A DNA stretch of 64,000 bases from Polyangiaceae bacterium (GCA_035063585.1 JAPSGB010000001.1:120179-184178); one strand, 5' to 3'. Shown: positions 1 to 10,147, counted from the stretch's first letter. Program-made: numbers and translations. Notes: a model not told the origin generated them from the letters alone.

Positions 1-1791
1 TGCGCGTACGTGGTCCTGCCCATCACGCTCAGCTTCGCGAACTTCAACGGCTTCGAGGTGCCGCTGGTGTTCGGCATGATGCTCACCACCTGGGGTTACG
101 TGCGCTTCGCGCAGACCTGGCGGCGTCGCTTCATGATGGTGAGCTTGGTCGGGCTCGCGTTCACGGTGAACACCGACTGGGAGTCGCTGGTGTTCGCCGG
201 CTTCCTGCTCGGCGTCCTGATGGTGACCGGGCTCCTCGCGCCGGTGCGATGGTTCGGCGGGGTCGACGCGCGCCGCTTCGGCCAGTGGTGGATGCTCGGG
301 ACCAGCATCGCGGTCGGCACGGTGGTGGGATACCTCGCGCTCTTTCACCTCTACGGCGCGCTCCCCGACTTGTTCGCTCAGAGCGAGCACCGCTCGTCGG
401 GCAACGCGTCGCCGCTCGCGGCGGTGCTCGAGTCGCGCTCGTACTGGATCGAGCTGATGTTCACGCCGCCCGCGATCCTGGTCGGCAAGCTCGGAGTGGT
501 GCTGCTCGGCCTGCGCGTCCTGCTTCGTCGCCGCGTGCTCGAGCTCTTGCCCTTCGGCATGCTCGCCGCGGCGACCTTCGAGTACGTCTACTTCAAGCAG
601 GGCGCGGACATCCACATCTACTGGCCCCTGCCCTTCGCGCCGATGTTCGCGCTCGGCCTCGCGGTCCTCGCGGTGAGCTTGGAGGAGACCGCGCGATGGC
701 TCGTCGCGCGGCTGGGCAGGCGCGAGCCTGGCGTCTGGCTGCCCTTCACGCTCCTCGGCGCGCTCAGCCTCATCCCGTTCTCGATGGTGCGGGACGCGGT
801 CACCATCTACGCGTATGGTCGTGACACCGGAAATCGCTTCGATGAGGGCGGCCGCGTCGTCTACCAGGATCTCGACAAGCACGCGTCGCTCGCCTGGATC
901 CACGACCGGCTCGAGGGGCAGAGCCGCGTCGATCTCGATAGCAACATGCACTACGACTGGTCGCAGGAGTGGACGCTCGGTCGACCGCTCCGCATGGTCG
1001 CGCGCGTCCCTTCGGGGCCCGGGCCGGCGCCGAGCCGCTACTACGTCACCGACGCGCGGATGCTCGGCGCGAAGGACCAGCGGGCGATGGTCGAGCGGTT
1101 CCACGTCCAGGCGGTAGGGCCCATCTGGTTCGTGGCTTACGACGATGCGGCCGCGCCCCTCGACGCGCTCGCGCTCGAGACCGAGAAGCCTAGTCTGTGG
1201 CAGTGGTACCTGCGTCACGGCAACGATCCCATCTATCGCGTCACGCCGAGCGCGCTCCGCACCTGGGAGCTCCGCTATCACTTCGACCAGCCAGGCGAGC
1301 CGCCGGTCGGCCCGCCCGCGCGCACGCTCGAGGAGCTCCGGATCTTGCACAACGCCGCCCTGGCCCGCGAGGACACCGCGCGCGCCGAGGCGCTCGAGCG
1401 CGAGCTCGAGCAGCGGCTCGACGTGCGCCCCGCCGCGGACTTCACCGACGGCACGCGTCTGCTCGGCGTGTCTTTCGACCCGACCGCGCGCTGCCTCGCC
1501 ATCTTGTTCAAGGCGTCGGAGACGCCGCCGGCGAGCGCGACCTTCGGCGTCCTCTCCTACGTCGAGAAGCCCATGCCCTGGTCACTGGTCCCTCCAGACC
1601 CGAAGGCGCGCGTGGTGGGCGCACGCTTCGAGCTCGGCCCCGCGCTCTGGAAGCCCGGCTTCATCTACGCCGCTGAGATGGAGGTGCGCCCGCGCCCCGG
1701 CACCGAGTCCTGGTACGGCGCCTGGCGCGGCGCCGGCGCCCCGCGTCCGTCGGGCGGGGCCTCGCGGATCCTGCTCCTGACGGTGCGCTGA
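1..1791 (+). CDS. Multi-TM membrane protein, probable GT-C (ArnT/PMT-like) glycosyltransferase; 5'-truncated
   Basis: Frame is open from base 1; many hydrophobic helices followed by a soluble C-terminal domain; 30 bp upstream of a GT2 gene. Confidence 0.55.
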   Translation, partial: CAYVVLPITLSFANFNGFEVPLVFGMMLTTWGYVRFAQTWRRRFMMVSLVGLAFTVNTDWESLVFAGFLLGVLMVTGLLAPVRWFGGVDARRFGQWWMLGTSIAVGTVVGYLALFHLYGALPDLFAQSEHRSSGNASPLAAVLESRSYWIELMFTPPAILVGKLGVVLLGLRVLLRRRVLELLPFGMLAAATFEYVYFKQGADIHIYWPLPFAPMFALGLAVLAVSLEETARWLVARLGRREPGVWLPFTLLGALSLIPFSMVRDAVTIYAYGRDTGNRFDEGGRVVYQDLDKHASLAWIHDRLEGQSRVDLDSNMHYDWSQEWTLGRPLRMVARVPSGPGPAPSRYYVTDARMLGAKDQRAMVERFHVQAVGPIWFVAYDDAAAPLDALALETEKPSLWQWYLRHGNDPIYRVTPSALRTWELRYHFDQPGEPPVGPPARTLEELRILHNAALAREDTARAEALERELEQRLDVRPAADFTDGTRLLGVSFDPTARCLAILFKASETPPASATFGVLSYVEKPMPWSLVPPDPKARVVGARFELGPALWKPGFIYAAEMEVRPRPGTESWYGAWRGAGAPRPSGGASRILLLTVR

Positions 1792-1821
1792 TCCTTGATA
1801 GGATGCGCGCCGGATCGCCCC

Positions 1822-2847
1822 GTGAAGCTCATCATCCAGATCCCGTGCCTCAACGAGCGCGAGCACCTCGGCGAGACCTTCGCCGACTTGCCACGCCGGA
1901 TCCCGGGCGTCGACGAGATCGAGGTGCTCGTAGTCGATGACGGCAGCACCGACGGCACCAGCGACTACGCCGCGGAGCTCGGCGTGCACCATGTGGTCCG
2001 CTTCCCGGTCAATCGCGGGCTGAGCGCGGCGTTCACGGCCGGGATGGACGCCAGCCTGCGCCTCGGCGCGGATCTCATCGTCAACACCGACGCCGATCAC
2101 CAGTACGCCGGCGATGACATCGCGCGGCTCCTCGAGCCCATCCTGTCGGGCGAGGCCGACGTGGTGGTCGGCGACCGCGATCCCGCCAACCTCGCGCATT
2201 TCTCCCCGCCCAAGCGCCTGCTCCAGGCCTGGGGTTCGCGACTGGTGCGCGCGGTGAGCGCGACGCGGGTGGCCGACTCCACCAGCGGCTTTCGCGCCTA
2301 CAGCCGCAAGGCGGCGCTCAGCGTGTTCGTACACAATCGCTTCACCTATACGCTCGAGACCATCATTCAGGCCGGGCGCACGGGCATCGCGACCGCCAAC
2401 GTGCGCGTCCGCACCAACGAGAAGACGCGCGAGTCACGGCTCTTCTCCTCGATCCCCCAATATCTCCGCCGCAACGGCCCGGTGATCTTTCGCTCCTACG
2501 GCATGTACCGGCCGTTTCAGAGCTTCGCGTACCTCGCGCTCGCGCTGCTCGTGGTGGGGCTCTTCGGTGTCGGGCGCTTTCTCTATTTCTACCTGGTCGA
2601 TCCGAGCTACAGCGGCCACACGCAGTCGCTGGTGCTCGGGGTCGGCGCGGTCACGCTCGCGTTCATGGTGGGGGTGGTGGCGCTGGTCGGCGAGCTCATC
2701 GCGGCCAACCGCAGGTTGGTCGAGGAGGTGCTCGTGCACGTCAGGCGCCTCGACGCCGACCGAGGCGTCGAGGCGCGAGCCCGCGGCGCGCCGGTCGATG
2801 GGATCCGGAGCACGGGCGCGGCCACGTGGAGGCGCGCCGAGCCATGA
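1822..2847 (+). CDS. GT2 glycosyltransferase (polyprenol-phosphate glycosyltransferase-like) with two C-terminal TM helices
   Basis: IPCLNE, VVDDGSTD, TDADHQY and DSTSGFR motifs; GTG start at 1822 preferred. Confidence 0.9.
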   Translation: MKLIIQIPCLNEREHLGETFADLPRRIPGVDEIEVLVVDDGSTDGTSDYAAELGVHHVVRFPVNRGLSAAFTAGMDASLRLGADLIVNTDADHQYAGDDIARLLEPILSGEADVVVGDRDPANLAHFSPPKRLLQAWGSRLVRAVSATRVADSTSGFRAYSRKAALSVFVHNRFTYTLETIIQAGRTGIATANVRVRTNEKTRESRLFSSIPQYLRRNGPVIFRSYGMYRPFQSFAYLALALLVVGLFGVGRFLYFYLVDPSYSGHTQSLVLGVGAVTLAFMVGVVALVGELIAANRRLVEEVLVHVRRLDADRGVEARARGAPVDGIRSTGAATWRRAEP

Positions 2848-3446
2848 GCGAGCACGTGATCGTCGGCAACGTCTACGACAAGTACGGGACGCGAAACCCG
2901 CTCGCGCGGCTCATGATGCGCGGCTTTCTCAAGAGCGCGGCCCGGCTCTACCGGAAGGTTGGCGCGCGAAGCGTGCTCGAGGTCGGCGCCGGCGAGGGCC
3001 GTCTGGCGAACCACTTGCTCGCGAGCGGGCCGCGACCCGAGCGCTTCGTCGCCACCGATCTCGAGCTCGGGAAAATCGCCGCCGAGCTCGATCCGCTCAT
3101 CGAGCTTCAAGTGGCGAGCATCTACGAGCTCCCCTTCCCTGCGCGGAGCTTCGAGCTCGTGGTCTGCTGCGAGGTCCTCGAGCACCTCGAGGAGCCGCGC
3201 CGCGGGCTCGCCGAGCTCGCGCGGGTGGCGGACCGCGCCGTGCTCGTCAGCACCCCGCGCGAGCCGCTCTGGCGCGCGCTCAACGTCGCACGCGGGAAGT
3301 ACCTCGCCGAGCTCGGCAACACACCTGGTCACGTGCAGCACTTCAGCGCGCGCGCGCTCTCGTCGCTCGCTCGTGAGCGGCTCATGGTCACCGAGGTGCG
3401 CCACCCGCTCCCCTGGACGATGCTGCTCGGCGCGCCGCGACGCTGA
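2844..3446 (+). CDS. Class I SAM-dependent methyltransferase
   Basis: VLEVGAGEG motif I and EVLEHL; ATGA overlap with the GT2 stop. Confidence 0.88.
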   Translation: MSEHVIVGNVYDKYGTRNPLARLMMRGFLKSAARLYRKVGARSVLEVGAGEGRLANHLLASGPRPERFVATDLELGKIAAELDPLIELQVASIYELPFPARSFELVVCCEVLEHLEEPRRGLAELARVADRAVLVSTPREPLWRALNVARGKYLAELGNTPGHVQHFSARALSSLARERLMVTEVRHPLPWTMLLGAPRR

Positions 3447-3491
3447 AGGGCTCGAGGGTTTCGGATGCCGGCCCGGCGCGGCCGGCGGCGC

Positions 3492-4433
3492 TCACGTCTC
3501 CGGTGGAGCGCTGGCCCGCTCCGGTCGGAGCGCGGAGGCCACCATCGCCACGGTGAGCACCCCGGCGATGACGCCCAAGCTCACGAGGTTCGGGATCTTG
3601 TACACCCCCGAGAGGAGCATCTTCGCGCCGATGAAGACCAGGATCGCCGCGAGCCCGAGATCCAGATAGTGAAACCGCTGCATCATGCCGGCGAGCATGA
3701 AGTAGAGCGCGCGCAGGCCGAGGATCGCGAAGATGTTCGAGGTGTAGACGATATAGACGTCGTCGGACACGGCGAGGGCGGCCGGCACCGAGTCCACCGC
3801 GAAGAGCACGTCGGTGAACTCGATGACGATGAGGACGAGGAAGAGCGGCGTCGCGTAACGGATCCCGTCCTTGACGATGAAGAACTTGTCTCCGTCGCGT
3901 TCGCTCGTGGTGCGCAGGTACTTTCGCGCCAGGCGCAGCGCGAGGCTCGACTCGGGGTCGACCGTGTCGTCGTCCTTCTTGAAGGCCAATTTCAGCCCGG
4001 TGAGGACCAAGAACCCGCCAAACACGTAGATGGTGAAGTGGAAGCGGTGGAGGAGTGCGCTCCCTGCGACGATGAAGAGCGCTCGCATGAAGACCGCACC
4101 CGCGATCCCCCAGAACAAGATGCGCTGCTGTTGCCGCTCACGGACGTCGAAATAGGTAAAGATGACCAGGAAGACGAAGAGGTTGTCGACCGAGAGTGAC
4201 TTCTCGACGAGGTACGCGACGAGATAGGACACCGCCGGGTCGCGGCCCATGCTGGCGTACACGTAGCCGGCGAAGAGGAGCCCCGCGGCGATGGCGAGCG
4301 CGCTGCGGACGCTCGCCTCGCGAAAGGACACCTTTACGGCGGCCTTTCCGGCCAGGAGTCGCTCGACGAGCATGGTCCCGAGCACCGCACCCACGAACAC
4401 GAGCCAGTCGATTACGGCTGCGCTTCCAAGCAT
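3492..4433 (-). CDS. terC: TerC/Alx family metal homeostasis membrane protein
   Basis: EKSLSVDNLFVF, DVLFAVDSVPA and SNIFAILGLRALYF signatures. Confidence 0.92.
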   Translation of the reverse strand: MLGSAAVIDWLVFVGAVLGTMLVERLLAGKAAVKVSFREASVRSALAIAAGLLFAGYVYASMGRDPAVSYLVAYLVEKSLSVDNLFVFLVIFTYFDVRERQQQRILFWGIAGAVFMRALFIVAGSALLHRFHFTIYVFGGFLVLTGLKLAFKKDDDTVDPESSLALRLARKYLRTTSERDGDKFFIVKDGIRYATPLFLVLIVIEFTDVLFAVDSVPAALAVSDDVYIVYTSNIFAILGLRALYFMLAGMMQRFHYLDLGLAAILVFIGAKMLLSGVYKIPNLVSLGVIAGVLTVAMVASALRPERASAPPET

Positions 4434-4517
4434 CTCGAGGCCTGTCTAGCATGGCCGATGCGACCCGCGAGCCGGCGCGCCGCCCCTTGCCGGCGCCGCC
4501 GGCAATACCGAACGAAT

Positions 4518-5516
4518 CTACGGGCTTGGGGGGCTCGCGGACGCCGCCCCCGAGGCCGCCACCGCGGCGCGGCGGCGCGCCGCTTCGCGGAACATGAAGG
4601 GCAAGCCGAGGATCGCGAACGACCAGATGGCCACGGCCGAGTAGGCCATGGTCGCGGCCAACACGCTCGCGTGGTCCACGCTCGCGCCGGCGTGGTTCAC
4701 CAAGTAGAGAAAGGCCGCGTCGCGGGTCCCCATGCCGGCCATGGTCACCGGCACGAGCCCGGCGAAGGTCGCGGTCGGCCACAGGGTCAAGGTGAGCAGC
4801 AGCGGCACCCGCGCGCCGACCGCGAGCAGGAGCGCGTGCGTGATGACCACCGTGAGCACCCGGATGACGAGCGAGACCACCCCGACCCCCGCGAGCCGAT
4901 ACGGCGCATGGCGGAGCGCCTCGAAGGCGTCGAACAGGAGCTCGAGCGACGCGGCGCGGCTCCGCAAGATCGCGAGCGAGAGCAGCCAGCGGCGGGCACG
5001 CATGAGCAGCGCAAGGAGCGCAAGCTCCGCGACCGCGGCGGCGGCGAGCAGCGCGGCGAGGAGCCCTTGCCCCGCGAACGCTGCGCCCATCGCGGCAAGA
5101 CCGAGCAGGACCAGGAGATCGACCGCCTTCTCTGCGAGGACGCTGCCCGCTCCGGCCGGCAGCGGGACCAGCTCTCGAACCGTGAACGCGCGGAGCAGCT
5201 CGTTGGCGCGCGAGGGCGTCACCAGCCCGAGCGGCCAGACCGCGAGCAGCACCGAGAGCGAGCGCCCGTACGGAAGCCGATAGCCAATCGCGCGCAGCAC
5301 GAGTTGCCAGCGCAGCGCGCCGAGGAGCACGCACGCGGTCGCCGCGGCGAGCGAGACCAGCACCCAGCCCGGATCTGCCTCGCGCACCACTTCCCACAGC
5401 GCGCCGGCTCCCCCGAAGACGTGAACCAGCCCGCCGAGGACGACGGCCGTGGCGAGCGCGAGCACGCCGCCGCGGAGGAAGTTCTTGCGAGTTACTTTTT
5501 CCCGCGACTCTTCCAC
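4518..5516 (-). CDS. Flippase-like membrane protein (LPG synthase TM / UPF0104 family)
   Basis: ALRW, TPSRANELLR, EKAVD and PVTMAGMGTRD motifs; last gene of the glycosylation operon. Confidence 0.8.
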   Translation of the reverse strand: MEESREKVTRKNFLRGGVLALATAVVLGGLVHVFGGAGALWEVVREADPGWVLVSLAAATACVLLGALRWQLVLRAIGYRLPYGRSLSVLLAVWPLGLVTPSRANELLRAFTVRELVPLPAGAGSVLAEKAVDLLVLLGLAAMGAAFAGQGLLAALLAAAAVAELALLALLMRARRWLLSLAILRSRAASLELLFDAFEALRHAPYRLAGVGVVSLVIRVLTVVITHALLLAVGARVPLLLTLTLWPTATFAGLVPVTMAGMGTRDAAFLYLVNHAGASVDHASVLAATMAYSAVAIWSFAILGLPFMFREAARRRAAVAASGAASASPPSP

Positions 5517-6145
5517 GCGTCGTTGAACTCCCGGATGGTGCTCTCGGTGCGCGGGTTGAAGAGCATCTTACGCAGGATGGGCGGCGGCACCGTCACCACG
5601 TGCGCGCCATCAATCACGGCGTCGTTCACGTCCATCGGGTGCCGCACCGAGCCGACGATGATCTTGGAGGAGAGCCGCTCGCGGTCGAGCACCGCGCGGA
5701 GCTCGCGGATGATGGGGCGTACATCGTAGCCCATGTCGCGGACACGTCCGCTGAAGACACTCACGTAGGTCGCGCCGGCGAGCGCGGCGAGATAGGCCTG
5801 GTTGAAGCTCATCATGCAGGTGACGTTGGTCGGTACGCCGCGCCCGACGAGCGCGTGGAGCACCGCGAGGCCCGTCTCGCTGATCGGGATCTTCACGCAG
5901 ATGCGGCCGGGACCCCAGGCGTGATAGGCGAGCGCCTCGGCGAGCATCTGCTCGTACGTCTCGGTGGTGAGCTCGACCGAGACGTGGCCCGTGGAGACCG
6001 CGAGCACCTCGCGGATGCGCGCCTCGAGGTCCACGTCCCCGGCCTCACGCGCGATGATGAGCGGGTTGGTGGTCACGCCGGAGAGCACCCCCCAGGCGAA
6101 GATCTCGCTAATTTCCTGCGGGTTCGAGCTGTCGAGGAAGAGCAC
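5492..6145 (-). CDS. tal: Transaldolase (short TalC/FSA family)
   Basis: FLDS, GVTTNP, VKIP (Schiff-base Lys) and NVT; Glu in VSVE and Phe in SVFSGR fit transaldolase rather than FSA; GTG start at 6145. Confidence 0.85.
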   Translation of the reverse strand: MLFLDSSNPQEISEIFAWGVLSGVTTNPLIIAREAGDVDLEARIREVLAVSTGHVSVELTTETYEQMLAEALAYHAWGPGRICVKIPISETGLAVLHALVGRGVPTNVTCMMSFNQAYLAALAGATYVSVFSGRVRDMGYDVRPIIRELRAVLDRERLSSKIIVGSVRHPMDVNDAVIDGAHVVTVPPPILRKMLFNPRTESTIREFNDAWKSRGKK

Positions 6146-6170
6146 TCTCTTGGGTTCCTTGGGCGGGAGT

Positions 6171-6782
6171 CTAGCTGAAATCAGCCTGTAGGATCTGGCG
6201 GGCGAGCTCGTCGAGGCGCGGCGCCGCGAGCTCGGGGCGAACCGGCGGTCCTCCGCGGAGCGGGCAGAGCTCGCAGCGCCCGGGCGGGAACACCAGCGCC
6301 GAGCGGACGCCCGCGGCACGAGCCGCCTCGACGTCGGTCGGCGCGTCGCCGATCATCCACGTCCGCTCGGGCACGAGGCTCGCTCGCCGCATGGCGGAGA
6401 GCAGCATCCCGGGCTTCGGCTTGCGGCACTCGCACGGGCCGGTCAGCGCCGGATCGCCGCCGGGGCCACCTTCCGGGTGATGCAGGCACACCTCGAAGGC
6501 GGCGAGCTCGAGCCCCCGCTCGGCGAGCCTGCCCGCGAGGGCCTGGTTGGTGCGCGTCACGGCAGCCACGGAGAACTGACCCTTCGCGGGGCCCGGCTGG
6601 TTGGTGGCGACCGCGAGCGCGTAGCCGGCGTCCTGCAGGAGCGTGAGCCCCTCGACGACACCGGGCAAGAGCACGAGCTGAGACGGGTGGAACGCCACCG
6701 AGATCGCGCCCGTCTCCTCGTCGCGGACCATGTCGATGAGCGTCATGTCGCGATCTAGGATGACCCCGCGACCGCTCGTCAT
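6171..6782 (-). CDS. gmhB: D-glycero-D-manno-heptose 1,7-bisphosphate phosphatase (HAD IIIA)
   Basis: LDRD, TNQ, CLHHP...CECRKPKPG and MIGD motifs. Confidence 0.85.
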   Translation of the reverse strand: MTSGRGVILDRDMTLIDMVRDEETGAISVAFHPSQLVLLPGVVEGLTLLQDAGYALAVATNQPGPAKGQFSVAAVTRTNQALAGRLAERGLELAAFEVCLHHPEGGPGGDPALTGPCECRKPKPGMLLSAMRRASLVPERTWMIGDAPTDVEAARAAGVRSALVFPPGRCELCPLRGGPPVRPELAAPRLDELARQILQADFS

Positions 6783-7792
6783 CGCCGGACGTTACCATGG
6801 AGCGCCGCGTACATCGCGTCGCAGAGCTCGGCCGTGGCGAGGCCGTCCGCGAGCGTGGCCGGCGGGACACCGGCGTCGGGCGGCGGACGCCCCGTCCATC
6901 GCGCGAGCACGGCCTCGAGCTCGCGCGTGAGGCTCGGGTCGTGCTCGCCGAAGTCCTTCACCTGCTCCGTCTCGCGCTGCGAGCGGCCCCGGCCGTCATT
7001 CCACGCCCAGCGCCTGCCGAGACGGAGTCGCAGCGGTCCGTAATTTCCGCCGCGCCCCTCCGCGAGCGCGTAGCCGTCCTCACCGACCAGCTCGACCCGG
7101 AAGCCGTTCACCCAGCGCACGAGCGAGACGCGCACCGTGGCGATGAGCGAGCCATGCCCGAGGATGACCGCCAAGTCCTCCTCGACCCCGGTGCCCCAAA
7201 ACCCGCTGGTCGCCTCGGCATGGCGGACCTCGAGCGCCGGCTCGAGGCAGCGGAGCAGATCGAGCAAGTGGACTCCCGGATCGATGAGGGCGCCTCCGCC
7301 CGCGCGCACGGGGTCGAGCTTCCACCCCTCCGCCGATCGCGGATGCCCGCCATGGCCGATGAAGAGATCCGCGCTGCGGAGGCGGCCGAGCTCCCCGGAC
7401 GCCGCGCGGCGAAGCGCCTCGCGAACGTTGGGCAGGAATCGATAGTTATATCCGACGAAGCTCTCGGCTCGCGCGGGGCCCGCGATCGCGCGAGCCTCGT
7501 CCGCCGTGCGGCCGAACGGCTTCTCGATGAGGAAGGGCCTATTCGCGGCAGCGACGGTGAGCGCGACCGCAGGCGCGAGATCGTGCGGGAGCGCGATGAT
7601 CGCCGCGTCGTAGCTCGCCGGAGGGGCGTCCTCGAGGCGCAGGTAGTGCGGCGCGCCGCCGTAGAGCTCGGCGGGACGTGGCGCGGGATCCACGGTGCCC
7701 GCGAGCGTCACGTCATGGGTGCCCGCGAGCTCCACCACCGCGCGCGCGCGCTGCTTGCCGATGAGGCCGTGCCCGACGACCAAGATCCGCAT
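6779..7792 (-). CDS. Gfo/Idh/MocA family oxidoreductase
   Basis: VVGHGLIG, EKP, GYNYRF and GGGALIDPGVHLLD; ATG at 7792 overlaps the upstream stop. Confidence 0.88.
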   Translation of the reverse strand: MRILVVGHGLIGKQRARAVVELAGTHDVTLAGTVDPAPRPAELYGGAPHYLRLEDAPPASYDAAIIALPHDLAPAVALTVAAANRPFLIEKPFGRTADEARAIAGPARAESFVGYNYRFLPNVREALRRAASGELGRLRSADLFIGHGGHPRSAEGWKLDPVRAGGGALIDPGVHLLDLLRCLEPALEVRHAEATSGFWGTGVEEDLAVILGHGSLIATVRVSLVRWVNGFRVELVGEDGYALAEGRGGNYGPLRLRLGRRWAWNDGRGRSQRETEQVKDFGEHDPSLTRELEAVLARWTGRPPPDAGVPPATLADGLATAELCDAMYAALHGNVRR

Positions 7793-8595
7793 CAGCGCCT
7801 CGGTGGCTCCACGCGCCGGAGCGTGTAGAGCTCTTTCGTGAAGGAGCGCGCGCCGTCGGCCGTCCACTCGTCGCGGACATGGAGGAAGCGGCCGTTCAGA
7901 GCCCGCGTATCTTCGGTGAGCAGGCGGCGCACGGCGCGGCAGGGCTCGGCGATGTCTACGGTGGTCTTCACCTCGCCGCCGGCCGCGCGCACCTGCGCGA
8001 GGAGCTCCGTCTCGTTGGCGCCGGGGGCAAGAATGGTGACGATGGGACCGCGCTCGCCGAGCTCGAGCGCGAGCGTCTCGGTGAAGCGCACGAGCGCCGC
8101 CTTGGCGGTGCCGTAGCTCGAGAAGCCGGGATACCCGTAGGCCGCGCCGCCACCGGCAAAGAGCACCACGCGGCCCGCGTGCTCGGCCAGCATCCGCGGG
8201 AGCAGCTCGCGCACCAGCCGCACCGCCGCAAAGAGGTTCGTGTGCATCGCGCGCCACCACGCCTCGAGCTCGACGCTCGCGAACTCACCGGTCGGGCCGA
8301 GCTCGGCGGCAGCGTGCACGAGCGCGATCGGCCCCGGGAGCGCCGCCAGCGCGCCGAGCGCGGCCGCTCCCTGGGAGTGCGCGCCGGGCTCGACCAAATC
8401 CCAAGCGAACCCCTCGGCCGAGCCCGGGCGGAGAGCGTTGCACGCGGCCGCCGTGTCGAGCGCGCGCTCGCTCTTACTGACGAGCACGAGCCGCATGCGG
8501 GTGTGCTCGGCGAGCTCGAGCGCGACCGCGCGGCCGATGCCGCGACCGGCTCCGGTGAGCAGCACGCTCCGCGGTTCGAGCGGCGTGGTGGTCAT
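7792..8595 (-). CDS. Short-chain dehydrogenase/reductase
   Basis: TGAGRGIG and YGTAK motifs; ATG at 8595. Confidence 0.88.
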   Translation of the reverse strand: MTTTPLEPRSVLLTGAGRGIGRAVALELAEHTRMRLVLVSKSERALDTAAACNALRPGSAEGFAWDLVEPGAHSQGAAALGALAALPGPIALVHAAAELGPTGEFASVELEAWWRAMHTNLFAAVRLVRELLPRMLAEHAGRVVLFAGGGAAYGYPGFSSYGTAKAALVRFTETLALELGERGPIVTILAPGANETELLAQVRAAGGEVKTTVDIAEPCRAVRRLLTEDTRALNGRFLHVRDEWTADGARSFTKELYTLRRVEPPRR

Positions 8596-9410
8596 GGCTC
8601 GCGCGGTCTCCGCGCGACCGCGAGGAGCTGCTCGCCGAAGCGCGACGCGTTCAAGTAGAAGAGGGGCTTCAAGGCGCGCCCGAAGACGCCGTAGGCCGCG
8701 CCGAGCACGCTGGTCGATACGCCGCCGCGCCCGTCTTCGGGGGTCGACGATGCCGCGCGCACCCGAGGCATCGACCAGCGGGAGGCGACGCGCACGGCGC
8801 TCCGGTAGAAGCTGTGGAAGGGAAAGCCCCACGCGAGCACCCGCACGACCTCGAGCCCGCTCGCGTGGAGGAGCCGCGCGAGCGCGCGCGGCCGATAGTG
8901 GCGAAAATGACCGATCGCCTCGTCGAAGCGCGACATGCGTCCACCCGGCACGGTCACGATGAGCGTGCCGCCTGGAGCCAGGAACTGCGCGAGCCGCCCG
9001 ACCGCGCCGGCGTCGTCGTCGATGTGCTCGACCACCTCCGAGCAGACCACGAGATCATACGCGCCGAGCCGAGCGGCGAGCGTCGTCTCGAGAGCCGCCG
9101 CCGAGAGATCGACGACGAAGAGCTCGGCGGCTGGGTTATCCACGCGAGTGTCGCGGAGCGATTGCTCGGAGAGGTCGGCGCCGTCGACCGTCGCGCCCGG
9201 GAGCGCGCGCTCGAGCTCGCGGAGCAGCTCGCCCTGACCGCAGCCGACATCGAGCGCGCGGCGCGCTCCCCTCGCGTAGCGACGCGCGAGCTTGGCGATC
9301 ATACGGCGCCGGTGGAACGCCGCCGGGCTCACCCGATCGAGGTGAGCGTACCGACGCCACATGTCGTCGTAGAACGCGGGGGCGTCCGCCGGCGAGGGCG
9401 CGGTAGTCAT
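8592..9410 (-). CDS. Class I SAM-dependent methyltransferase
   Basis: LDVGCGQG, CSEVVEH, LAPGG and GHFRHY; ATG at 9410. Confidence 0.88.
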   Translation of the reverse strand: MTTAPSPADAPAFYDDMWRRYAHLDRVSPAAFHRRRMIAKLARRYARGARRALDVGCGQGELLRELERALPGATVDGADLSEQSLRDTRVDNPAAELFVVDLSAAALETTLAARLGAYDLVVCSEVVEHIDDDAGAVGRLAQFLAPGGTLIVTVPGGRMSRFDEAIGHFRHYRPRALARLLHASGLEVVRVLAWGFPFHSFYRSAVRVASRWSMPRVRAASSTPEDGRGGVSTSVLGAAYGVFGRALKPLFYLNASRFGEQLLAVARRPREP

Positions 9411-10147
9411 TCGTCGGGGTCGCCGTGCATGGCGCGCCGCGCCGGGTGCGGGTCGGCGACGCGCGAGCGAACGAAATGCTGCAACCGCTTGTAGGTCATG
9501 AACCCGAGGACCTCGAAGCCGGTCTTCCAGATGGCGACGTTGTGGGTGTGACCGACCCGCTCCTCGTAAGGGATCACGAACTCGGCGAAGCGCCGCGGAT
9601 GCGTGAAATACGCCTCGAGCTTGATCTCGTTCGAGAAGCACCACTCCTCGGTATCGAGATCGATCTGCTCGAGGAGCGAGCGCCGGAACACCCACATGCC
9701 CGAGGCGATGTCCCGAAATGGGTGCAGGTAGAGCAAGGTCGCCGCGAGGCTCATGCCCACGTTTCCGTACTTGTTCAGCACCTTCATGCTCTTGATGTCC
9801 GCCAGCGGGAAGCGCGAGCAACTCACGAACATGAGGTTCTTCCGGCGGAGGAACTCCGCAATGTGCGGGATCATCTCGACCGGGTAGGTGCCGTCGGCGT
9901 CGGCGGTGGCGATGAGGTCACCGCGGGCCGCAGCGAATCCCGCCTTGTACGCGCGCCCGTAGCCGCGGCGCGGCTCTACGATGACCTGGGCGCCGGCGGC
10001 CCGGGCGCGCGCGACGGTGTCGTCCTTGCTGCCCCCGTCGACGACGATCACCTCGAGGAGATCCTTGGGCGCGCGCTCGACCGTGGCGACCACGCCGCGC
10101 TCCTCGTTGAGCGCGGGGATCACCAGGGAAATGGTATCGGTTGCCAT
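9407..10147 (-). CDS. GT2 glycosyltransferase (DPM synthase-like)
   Basis: IPALNEE, VVDGGSKD, GYGRA, DADGTY, DIASG and YEERVG. Confidence 0.9.
   Translation of the reverse strand: MATDTISLVIPALNEERGVVATVERAPKDLLEVIVVDGGSKDDTVARARAAGAQVIVEPRRGYGRAYKAGFAAARGDLIATADADGTYPVEMIPHIAEFLRRKNLMFVSCSRFPLADIKSMKVLNKYGNVGMSLAATLLYLHPFRDIASGMWVFRRSLLEQIDLDTEEWCFSNEIKLEAYFTHPRRFAEFVIPYEERVGHTHNVAIWKTGFEVLGFMTYKRLQHFVRSRVADPHPARRAMHGDPDE

Noticed and set aside
4434..4517. yybP-ykoY (Mn) riboswitch upstream of terC/alx
   Set aside because: Only 84 bp of GC-rich sequence, without the conserved riboswitch core.
4518..5516. Split MprF formed by this TM protein and the DUF2156 protein at 58814
   Set aside because: The genes are 53 kb apart, and this family commonly serves as a flippase in glycosylation operons, which fits its context.
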